From Limisphaerales bacterium (GTDB lineage Bacteria > Verrucomicrobiota > Verrucomicrobiia > Limisphaerales > UBA9464): 40,682 nt of DNA. The first letter of the stretch is position 1. Each line of letters opens with the position of its first letter. Positions 1 to 8,300 of this stretch are shown piece by piece. The DNA is taken from the NCBI GenBank assembly GCA_044221235.1, contig JBGAPN010000001.1:1-40682 (forward strand). Reading direction: 5' to 3'. The notes below the pieces were generated by a model that was not told the origin of the DNA, did not search any database, and saw only the letters and a program-made list of their open reading frames with translations. The position numbers and the translations under genes were made by a program.

Positions 1-649
1 TCCCTTTTTGGTGCGCATGCTGGACCGCGCGGCAGATATCGATGAACAGTTCAAGCCGGCGGCGAAGTGGTAGTTGTCGTTGGTTCGCGAAATCCGTAAT
101 GCGGGCCCCGTCGACCAGTTCCATGACGAAGTAGGGCCGCCCCGCCTCAGTGGATCCGGCATCCAACACCCGGGCGATGTTGGGGTGGTCCATCAGGGCC
201 AGCGCCTGTCGCTCAGCCTCAAACCGGGCCACGACGGCGCGGGTGTCCATGCCCGGCTTGATGAGCTTCAATGCGACGTGGCGGCGCACCGGTTCCAATT
301 GCTCCGCCCGGTAAACCACACCGCAGCCGCCTTCTCCGATCCGTTCAAGCAGCCGATACCTCCCGACCTGCGTCCCGACCGCTTCGTCGACGCCGTCTGG
401 GCCGCCGGTGCGACACAACCGCGGATGATCCAAATCTGCGTTGGACGCCCATTCTCCAGGCCGGGACGCCGGACGGTCCGGGAGGAAAGTGCCCATACAT
501 TCCTGGGCCTTCACAAGAGCCTCGACCCGTTCGCGAAATGCGGGATCTCCGGCGCAAGCCCTGTCCAGGAACAACGCCCTGCATTGAGAATCTTCGATGG
601 CCAGTGCGGCGTGGAAGATCTGGAGGAGTGGCTGTTCAGGCTCGTCCAT
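1..649 (-). CDS. Serine/threonine protein kinase, N-terminal part (C-terminus lies beyond coordinate 1)
   Basis: Absent from the ORF track because it runs off the window. Reverse-strand translation from ATG at 649..647 gives MDEPEQPLLQIFHAALAIED...VGRYRLLERIGEGGCGVVYRAEQLEPVRRHVALKLIKPGMD...RFEAERQALALMDHPNIARVLDAG..RPYFVMELVDG. This shows the Hanks-kinase glycine loop GxGxxG, the VAxK lysine and the alpha-C Glu. Frame checked: the codon at 358..356 is the Y of RYRLLERIG. Confidence 0.85.
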   Translation of the reverse strand, partial: MDEPEQPLLQIFHAALAIEDSQCRALFLDRACAGDPAFRERVEALVKAQECMGTFLPDRPASRPGEWASNADLDHPRLCRTGGPDGVDEAVGTQVGRYRLLERIGEGGCGVVYRAEQLEPVRRHVALKLIKPGMDTRAVVARFEAERQALALMDHPNIARVLDAGSTEAGRPYFVMELVDGARITDFANQRQLPLRRRLELFIDICRAVQHAHQKG

Positions 650-735
650 GCCTGTTCCGTCGAGGAAAGGGGTTCATCAAGGACTCATGCGTCATTTCGC
701 AGGAAAAGATGCCAGGCCCGCACGCTCCACACGTA

Positions 736-1293
736 TCAACCCCGGGAGCGGGAAAGGTCCTCGAACAGCCACGCCCGGGCAAAGGTCCAGGCCCGCTTCG
801 CCGAGCGCTCCGAGATTCCCAGCGTGGCGGCGGCCTCAGGATACTCCAGACCGACGAAGAACCGGAGTTTCACGACTTCCGCAGCACGGGCATCGCAGAC
901 CGCCAATCGAGCCAGCGCGTCGTCGATCTGCAGCAGGGTCTCTTCGTCGGTAGTGACGGCGAGGTCGATCTGATCCAGGTCGAGATGTTCCCGGGTCGCC
1001 CCCCGCTTGAGCGCCTGACGCTGGCGGGCGCGGTCGATGAGAATCCGCCGCATGGCCTCCGCGGCGGCGGCAAAGAAGTGCCCGCGATTCTCCCACGGTT
1101 CGGCACCAGGCCGGACGAGACGGAGCCACGCTTCGTGGACCAGGGCGGTGGGCTGCAGGGTATGGTTGGCTTCGTTGGACAACTTGGCGGCGGCCAGCCT
1201 CCGCAGCTCGTCGTAGACCACTGGAAGCAATGCCTCTGCGGCCTGCCGCTGGCCCTGGGCCGCCTGCTCCAGCAATTGGGGGACTTCGTTCAC
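736..1293 (-). CDS. ECF-type RNA polymerase sigma factor (Sigma70_ECF / TIGR02999-like, kinase-associated type)
   Basis: 185-aa ORF with a GTG start at 1293. MNEVPQLLEQAAQGQRQAAEALLPVVYDELRRLAAAKLSNEANHTLQPTALVHEAWLRLV is the typical N-terminus of the planctomycete/verrucomicrobial ECF family. The C-terminal region-4-like helix-turn-helix is YPEAAATLGISERSAKRAWTFARAWL. It lies directly upstream (86-nt gap) of the kinase gene on the same strand. Confidence 0.85.
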   Translation of the reverse strand: MNEVPQLLEQAAQGQRQAAEALLPVVYDELRRLAAAKLSNEANHTLQPTALVHEAWLRLVRPGAEPWENRGHFFAAAAEAMRRILIDRARQRQALKRGATREHLDLDQIDLAVTTDEETLLQIDDALARLAVCDARAAEVVKLRFFVGLEYPEAAATLGISERSAKRAWTFARAWLFEDLSRSRG

Positions 1294-1498
1294 AGGATTA
1301 TACGACGCTAGACTATCTGGAGCCTAGCCGGACGGGACGAAGAATGGCAATCGCTCGATCAAGGCTCCCCGGCTCCCCGGTGAACCCATGAAACATTGGC
1401 ACTTTTCGCGGGCGAAATCCGCATTGCTGGTTGATTCCCCACCCCGGGTCAGACCAGCGACTTGAGTTTCTCATGACCCCAAAAACAGAGCATCAGCA

Positions 1499-2773
1499 AT
1501 GAATACAAAGCACCTCATCATCGCCGCCTGCATTGTCAGCGCGGCCTTCACCTCACAATCAAATCTCCGGGCCGATCTGGTCACGGATTGGAATGAGACC
1601 GCCGACGTCGTCATTCGTGCCAGCACGCCCTCACCCCCCCTCCAACTCCGGGCCCTGGCCACCGTCCACGCGGCGATTTATGACGCAGTGAACGGCATCG
1701 CCCGCAAGTATGAACCCTATTTCGTCACGGAGTCACCTCCCCCGGGCGCCCGCCAGGAGGCGGCCGCTGCCCAGGCGGCCTATACTTCCCTGAAAGGACT
1801 CTTCCCGCTGCAAAGCGGTGTCCTCGACACCCAGTTGGCTGAATCCCTCGCCACCATTCCCGGCCATCAAGGAAAGAACGAATCCATCTCCCGCGGACGG
1901 GCGTGGGGCGAACACGTCGCCCTGGCGGTCCTGGCCTGGCGTGCCACCGATGGACTTTCGACTCCCACTCCGCCCTACCTAGGCGGGTCCGATCCCGGAC
2001 AGTGGCGTTCCATTCCCAATGGTGGAACACCGGGCGTGCTGCCGGTGTTCGCGACGCTCCAACCCTTCACGATGGAACTCCCATCGCAGTTCCGGCCCGG
2101 GCCACCCCCGGAGTTGACCAGTGCGGAATACGCGGCGGACCTTGAGGAAGTTAAGGCGATCGGCCGATTCGACAGTGCGACGCGTACGGCGGATCAAACT
2201 GAGGCCGCGCAGCTCTGGGCGGCCGTCGGCCCGCTCGAGGAGAATGCCGTCATCCGCTCCGTTGTGCCGGACCACTACAAACTCGTGGACACGGCGCGTC
2301 TGTTCGCGTTGGCCAACTTTGCCGGATGCGACGCGGTCATCGCCGGGTTCGACACCAAGTACCACTATGGATTCTGGCGTCCGTTCCACGCGATTCGTCT
2401 GGCGGACACGGATGGAAATCCAGCGACCATCGCCGATCCGGCCTGGGCGTCGTTGATCCCGGTGCCGAACCACCCGGAGTATATCTCCACCCACTCCATC
2501 ATCACCGGGGCCACCATGCACGCGCTGGCGTTGCTGCTGGGGGATGACATCCCCTTCACCCTCAGTTCAGTGGGACTGCCCGGCGTCACACGGGAGTACG
2601 ATCGGTTCTCTGATGCCTCGGCTGAAGTGGGTCTCGCCCGCGTATGGGGTGGACTTCACTTCCGGCATTCCTGCGAGGTGGGCCTGGAAATGGGTGTTCG
2701 AATCGCCGAACAGGCGGTGGAGAATGACCTGCGCCCACTCCGGAATAGACAATGTAATCACGCTTCACACTAA
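1499..2773 (+). CDS. Secreted PAP2-superfamily protein, vanadium-dependent haloperoxidase-like
   Basis: 424 aa with a signal-like N-terminus (MNTKHLIIAACIVSAAFTS). Acid-phosphatase/haloperoxidase motifs are HPEYISTHS and ARVWGGLHFRHS. The N-terminal DLVTDWNE..RALATVHAAIYDAVNGI block is typical of this family. Confidence 0.7.
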   Translation: MNTKHLIIAACIVSAAFTSQSNLRADLVTDWNETADVVIRASTPSPPLQLRALATVHAAIYDAVNGIARKYEPYFVTESPPPGARQEAAAAQAAYTSLKGLFPLQSGVLDTQLAESLATIPGHQGKNESISRGRAWGEHVALAVLAWRATDGLSTPTPPYLGGSDPGQWRSIPNGGTPGVLPVFATLQPFTMELPSQFRPGPPPELTSAEYAADLEEVKAIGRFDSATRTADQTEAAQLWAAVGPLEENAVIRSVVPDHYKLVDTARLFALANFAGCDAVIAGFDTKYHYGFWRPFHAIRLADTDGNPATIADPAWASLIPVPNHPEYISTHSIITGATMHALALLLGDDIPFTLSSVGLPGVTREYDRFSDASAEVGLARVWGGLHFRHSCEVGLEMGVRIAEQAVENDLRPLRNRQCNHASH

Positions 2774-2884
2774 CCTCAGGTTTCGACGGTGATCATGGCG
2801 GTGCGCAGGACGGATTCCTGCGTACCGCTCCTGTGACGTTCAATTCAATTGTCCCACACCGTCAGGGGTCAGACTGTCTGGCCG

Positions 2885-3364
2885 ATGCCCGTCCTTGAGA
2901 TCTCAACCCTGATACGGGCGCCCAGGGAACGAGTCTTCGACCTGGCTCGCAGCGTTGATGCCCATCAGGATTCCACGGGAGGCACCCAGGAACGCGCCGT
3001 CGCGGGTGTCACCACGGGACTGATCGGTCTGGACGGGGTGGTAACCTGGGAAGCTCGTCACTTTGGAATCCGGCAGCGGCTCTCGGTTCGCATCACGGCG
3101 TTTGATCGGCCCAGGCATTTTCAGGACACCCTGGTTTCCGGCGCGTTCAGCAGCATGGTCCACGATCACTGGTTTAATGAGCAGCCTGACGGGACATTGA
3201 TGCGGGACCGATTCGAATTCACCTCGCCATTGGGTATCCTTGGAAAGATCGCCAATGGACTGTTCCTCACCTCCTACATGCGCGCCTTCCTTGTTCGCCG
3301 CAACGCGGTCTTGAAGCAATTGGCAGAATCCGAAGGCTGGAGGCGCTATATCCAAGGCAGCTGA
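2885..3364 (+). CDS. SRPBCC-family (cyclase/dehydrase-like) protein
   Basis: The ORF opens at a TTG (2849), but ATG at 2885 gives MPVLEISTLIRAPRERVFDLARSVDAHQ..., the usual start of SRPBCC/polyketide-cyclase-like small proteins. About 160 aa. Confidence 0.65.
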   Translation: MPVLEISTLIRAPRERVFDLARSVDAHQDSTGGTQERAVAGVTTGLIGLDGVVTWEARHFGIRQRLSVRITAFDRPRHFQDTLVSGAFSSMVHDHWFNEQPDGTLMRDRFEFTSPLGILGKIANGLFLTSYMRAFLVRRNAVLKQLAESEGWRRYIQGS

Positions 3365-3530
3365 CCCCCGGTGAAACCAGGGGGACAGAATTCCAGCCCC
3401 AAGGCGGAACGGATGGTCCTGCGCGCCCGCATCGGGCGGCGACCATCGATCCTGTTCCTTGGGGCGGGGTTCATTTTCCAACGATGAGGAGAATGGACTG
3501 GGGCAGGGCCGGACCCAATACTGCGACGCT

Positions 3531-4223
3531 ATGTACGCCAAGCTCCGTGACCTCTGCCTGTGCCAGTCAAATCAGGAAGACTTTCCAGGATGGCCATTCC
3601 CAATGCTGTTCCATGGCTATGAGATAACCCGTGAGATTTTCCTTCTGGATCCGGTGCTCGAATACCGGGTGCTGGATCTGGGAAGAAACCAGGTGCGCGA
3701 CGGCGAGATCTTTCGATACCGCCAACTGAACGACTGGTTTCATTACCGCTTCTTCAACGGAATCGCGTACATCGTGAACTCGGCCGAGGCGTGCACGCTT
3801 CTTCCCCGTCTGCTTTGCCTCCAACGGCATCTCCTGGACGCCCTCCCCACTCGAACCGTCCACACCTATCTCGAACAGGAACTCGGAATCGCGGAGTCGG
3901 ACCGGGTGCTGGGGAACATCCTGGATGCCTTTCGGAAGGTCACGGAGATCTGCCGGTCCCACCCCATTCTCGTCTGGGGCATGCGGGCCAACGACGAAGA
4001 CCTTCCACTTCAGGTGCAGTACCTCGAGACCGTTTCCCGCATCCCGGCGGAAACGGTCTTCGAATTGCCGCATATCCGAAGACTAAAGCTCTCCTGGGAC
4101 TCCGAGCTCAAGGCCGAGGAGAAGGAGTGGGGAAAAGCCGTGGCGCGGTACAACCGGTGGAAGAAGCTCTCGCCGCGGCGCTATTTGACCTTGGCAGGCC
4201 AGTCCGGGCAGTGCGACGACTGA
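3531..4223 (+). CDS. Hypothetical protein (no domain recognised)
   Basis: The ORF is 3459..4223 and the first ATG is at 3531 (MYAKLRDLCLCQSNQEDFPGWPFPMLFHGYEITREIFLLDPVLEYR...). Its protein-like composition is rich in F/Y/N/I/L/W, unlike the R/G/P/A-rich antisense shadows. The first ~250 nt are about 50% GC, clearly below the surroundings. Confidence 0.55.
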   Translation: MYAKLRDLCLCQSNQEDFPGWPFPMLFHGYEITREIFLLDPVLEYRVLDLGRNQVRDGEIFRYRQLNDWFHYRFFNGIAYIVNSAEACTLLPRLLCLQRHLLDALPTRTVHTYLEQELGIAESDRVLGNILDAFRKVTEICRSHPILVWGMRANDEDLPLQVQYLETVSRIPAETVFELPHIRRLKLSWDSELKAEEKEWGKAVARYNRWKKLSPRRYLTLAGQSGQCDD

Positions 4224-4419
4224 AAGCCGTGTCAACGAGCCGCAGCCACGGCAAGGTTCTCCTGGCTTACCGCTTCCCTCCTTACCCCTTACCCGTCCCC
4301 GCGATGACTCCCACCCGCAGGGTGCTAAAAAAGCGGGAGCTCGGGCACCCGCACTCTACAGGGTCCCCGCCAGATGCAATTTCCTCCCCAATCTCGGACG
4401 AATCTGGGAAACAGCTTGT

Positions 4420-5208
4420 GTGATCCCTCCCAGACCCACGGCGCACGCGGTACCGGCCTCGCCAGCGGACATCCTGCACCTCCGCACTCGGCACCGAGAC
4501 GAGGTGCAGGGCCAGATTGTCCACGATTCCCTGCACCGGCGCGAAGGGTGGACGCATTCGTTTCGGCTGCTCCTCGACGAATCAACGGTAGGCTTCGGCT
4601 CCGTTGCGATCAGTGGGCCGTGGGCGGGCAAGCCCACCCTGTACGAATTCTACGTCCTGCCCGAACGCCGGGATCGGGCCTTCGATCTCTTTGAAGCGTT
4701 TCTCAGGGTGTCGGGCGGCCGGCATTTCGAAGTGCAGACCCACGAGGAATTGCTGACGGTCATGCTGCACACCTATGGAACCGAGATCGAAAGCGAGTCT
4801 ATCGTATTCCGGGATGGCGGCACCACGTCCCTCCCCTGCCCTGGGGGCCACCTCCGGTGCACCACTCCGGAGGACGAGATTCGCGCTGCGATGGCACAGC
4901 GCCATGACGGGGGCGAATGGGTCATCGACGTCGATGGCCAGGAGGCAGCGAAGGGTGGAATCCTGTTCCACTACAACGTTCCCTACGGCGACATTTACTA
5001 CGAGGTGCCCGAGGCCTTCCGACGACGCGGGTTTGGAGCCTATCTGACGCAGGAACTGAAGCGGCGGTGCTACGAGCTCGGCGCCATCCCATGCGCCCGT
5101 TGCAATCGGGACAATGTCGCTTCCCGACGAACGCTTCAGCGGGCGGGATTCGTGCCCAGCGGGCACATTTTGGTTGGTTCACTTCGGCCCGGGATGGAGG
5201 TCCGCTGA
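4420..5208 (+). CDS. GNAT-family N-acetyltransferase (two GNAT-like halves)
   Basis: 262 aa, GTG start. The C-terminal half carries the acetyl-CoA-binding signature EVPEAFRRRGFGAYLTQELKRRCYELG...NVASRRTLQRAGFVPSGHIL. The N-terminal half (FYVLPERRDRAFDLFEAFL) looks like a degenerate second GNAT fold. Confidence 0.7.
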   Translation: MIPPRPTAHAVPASPADILHLRTRHRDEVQGQIVHDSLHRREGWTHSFRLLLDESTVGFGSVAISGPWAGKPTLYEFYVLPERRDRAFDLFEAFLRVSGGRHFEVQTHEELLTVMLHTYGTEIESESIVFRDGGTTSLPCPGGHLRCTTPEDEIRAAMAQRHDGGEWVIDVDGQEAAKGGILFHYNVPYGDIYYEVPEAFRRRGFGAYLTQELKRRCYELGAIPCARCNRDNVASRRTLQRAGFVPSGHILVGSLRPGMEVR

Positions 5209-5382
5209 CCTGCTTCCTGTCCCGGGCTGCTGGCGTTGCGTCCCCGATGCCCAACCGACGCCCGCGCTGAGGATTCGACCAAAGTTGGATTGGCATTTCC
5301 TGGTCCACTGAAATATCCATGAAAGACGTCCACTCCCGTCAGGCCTTCGGATCCCGGTGCTTGTCGGCTGCCTGCTCCCCCA

Positions 5383-8300
5383 ATGAAGCGAATTCTCCTT
5401 CAAGGGCCCATCAAGGCCTTCGTCGTCCTGGCGGTATGGGTGTCGTCCCAGTGCGGGCTTGCGGCGGATCCCCGGATCGAGGAGGTGACCGTGGACACCG
5501 CGGGACGCCTTCGCATCGGATTCCCCGCGGAGGTCTCCCATTACTATCGGCTGCTTCGGGGAGAGGGGCCCGGGGATATCCGCCGGCCCGTCATGATCGG
5601 TTTGAACGGACCGTTTGCAGTGGAGGCGCCGGTGGAAACGGGTTTCTTCCGCCTTGAAGAACTCGTCCGGGACACGCCGATGGACACCGATGGCGATGGA
5701 CGGGACGACCTCATGGAACTGGCTGGTGGCACCGATCCGCTGGTGGTGGACCCATCGCCCCTGGCCGCAACTCAGTTCGCGAGTTCGCCGGCCGATGGCG
5801 AGTCGGGGGTTTCCGTGCGCCGCGAAACCGTGCTTCGTTTCACTCGTCCATTGGCGGAGGACACGGTCCTGGAGGGCAGCCGGCTTTTCGCCGAGGCGGC
5901 CGGGCGGCGGGTGCTCACCCGTTCAGAGCTGTCACCGGATCGTCGCAAGGCCACCCTGTATTACCTCGAACCGCTGCCCGGCGGTACCCGGGTGGTGGTG
6001 ACCCTGGACGGCGTGGACATCCGTGATGTCGAAGGCCGACTACTGGACGCCGATGGGGACGGGATCGAAGGCGGAACCGGCCGGATCGCTTTTGACACCT
6101 TCAATTCGCAAACGGTGCCGGGAACCGAGGTGGTCGGACGTGTGTTCGCCAGCGAACTGGTGGCGGGGCCGGGCACCGGAACCAACGCCGTGGACCGTCC
6201 TCTGAAGGGAGTGACCATCACGGTGGATGGCCGCGAGGAAACACTCCGGGCGGTGACGGATGCGGACGGGAACTTCCGCCTGAAAAACGCGCCCGCTGGC
6301 CGGTTCTTCGTCCACATCGATGGCCGGACTGCCGAGGCCAGCCATTGGCCCGGCGGGGACTACTATCCATTCATTGGCAAGGCCTGGGAGGCGGTGGCTG
6401 GACAACAGGACAACCGGGCTGGCGTCACGGGCATGATCTATCTGCCGCTGATTCCGGCGGGCACCCTGCGACCGGTGAGCGCGGTGGGGCCAACCTACGT
6501 GACGTTCCTGCCGTCGGTGGTTGCGGCCAATCCCGACCTGGACGGGGTCTCATTGATGGTGCCTCCCAACGCCCTATCCGACGACACCGGCACTCGGGGT
6601 GGCCGAGTGGGCATTGCGCCGGTGCCTCCCAACCGACTGCCGGAGGCGCTGCCCGACGACCTTCAGTTCCCGCTGGTGATCACGGTGCAGACCGACGGGC
6701 CGGCCCAGTTCACCGAACCGGTGCCCGTTTGCTTTCCCAACCTTCCGGACCCAACCACGGGCCGGGCCTTGGCTCCCGGCGCGAAGTCTGCCTTGTGGAG
6801 CTTCGACCATGACAAGGGTTACTGGGAAATCGTGGGTCCCATGACGGTGTCGGCCGACGGTCGACGGATTTGCAGTGACCCGGGCTTTGGAATATCGCAG
6901 CCGGGCTGGCATGGAACGTTGCCGGGAACGAGCGGCTCCGGAGGCGGCGCCCGTCAGCCGACCAAACAATGTCGCGTGGCTGTTCTCGGACCGGGCAGCA
7001 CCTATACCAATCGGTGGGCCACGTTCACGACCACCACGGCCTCCCAGGGGGGCGCCTGGTCCTGGAGCGCGCCGGGCGGTGAGCCATCCAGCGGGATGGG
7101 TCCCGAGTTTCAGGTGCGATTTGCCCGGGAAGGGACCTACCGCATTGCCGTTCGCTACACCATGCCCAATGGAAAGACCCAGTGTCAGGCGGAACAGAGT
7201 CTCCGGGTGACGCCCTTGCCGTGTGAGATTTCGCTGAACGGTCCCGTACGTGTCCCCGAGTCCACCCTCACAAGGTTCAGGGCGTCGGGAACTCCGGTCG
7301 GCGGCCGTTACCGTTGGACCATGGAGGGTGGAGGATACGTCCAGGGAGTGGACGGCGGCGAACCGAACGGGCCGGAGGTCGAGGTGTTGTGGACCAGTAC
7401 TGGGGACTACAAGCTCACCGTGGAGTACACGGCGAAACCCGGGACTCCCGACGAACAGAAGTGCACGGCGGATCGCCTGGTCTCGGTGGGACCGTCCCTA
7501 CGCGTGTTGGATGACAGTAACCGGGAGGTGGGCCTGACCACATTCGTCGAGGTGGATGAGGAAGTGATCTGGAAAGGGAACCTGAGCGATCTCAGCGGGG
7601 ATTACCGGTGGTCATCGTCATCGACCGTCGAGATTGGGGATCCCGAGGATGCCGTTTCCTCCCTGATATTCACACGACCCGGCCTCCAGTCGGTGACTCT
7701 GACCTACACGTCCCACGAAGAGGGGGAGCAGCCCAAGAGCCGCACGGTGACCGTCCGGGTGCGGGATCGATGCGAGATCACGGTCGTGGATGGAATCCGG
7801 CAGGACATTCCGAAAAATCAGGAGCTCCATTTTGAAGTCACGACCCGGCCGGAGTCCGGTGGGAGTGTACGCTGGAGTGCTCCAGGCGGATCACCGTCCA
7901 CCGGTACCGGACGCACTTTCACCACCCGATACGCCACGGAAGGTCCCAAGCTCATCGACGCCCAGTTTACCAATCCCAACGGGGATGTTTGCAGCGACAC
8001 CGCCGCGGTTCATATCGGCCCCATCAGCTGCCAATTGGCCGTCTCCGGCCCCTCGGCACTCCTGACGGTCGACGGATTTGTCTACGAAGCCCGCCGGCAA
8101 GGAGGGCCGCCCGGAGCCTATTCCGCAGAGAGCTTCACCGCGATACTGGTGGAGACAGGGGAGGTGCTGGGAACCGGACAGCCGAACCCCGGGGAGCCCT
8201 TCCGCTTCCTGTTTGCGCCCGCATTGTTGAGCCCGGGGCCCTACACGATTCGCGTGCATTACAACGCGATCGCCCACATCGCCTTCGAAGCGTCCTGTTC

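Noticed and set aside
1297-1302. Perfect TATAAT on the minus strand just upstream of the ECF sigma gene
   Set aside because: It ends only 3 nt before the GTG start codon and no acceptable -35 lies 16-18 nt upstream. It cannot serve as the -10 box for this start unless the mRNA is leaderless with a different start. It is too speculative to annotate.
74-1311. Long + strand ORFs 74..973 (299 aa) and 271..1311 (346 aa)
   Set aside because: They are antisense to the clearly recognisable kinase and ECF sigma genes. Their products are R/P/G/A-rich with no motif, which makes them typical high-GC shadow ORFs.
2849-3530. Track-proposed extended starts: TTG 2849 for the SRPBCC gene, TTG 3459 for the hypothetical gene, plus 11315 for glyQS, 26441 for dnaG, 16435 for DUF3500, 30917 for DUF1080 and 32786 for the propeller
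   Set aside because: The extensions add R/P/G-rich residues unlike the family N-termini, or remove the signal peptide from the N-terminus, or overlap the upstream gene. Internal ATG starts (GTG for larE) give canonical N-termini. Start positions remain predictions.
4265-4316. C-rich motifs (GCTTACC..CCCACCC) here, CGCCCTCAC..CTTTCCC at 33630-33660 and CATCCCAATG at ~17493 all resemble pieces of the 22.1-22.8 kb spacer, suggesting a dispersed intergenic element
   Set aside because: Shared exact words are 10 nt or shorter. By my estimate, hundreds of chance 10-mer matches are expected in a 40-kb window, and more in low-complexity C-rich sequence. This is not significant without a genome-wide motif search.
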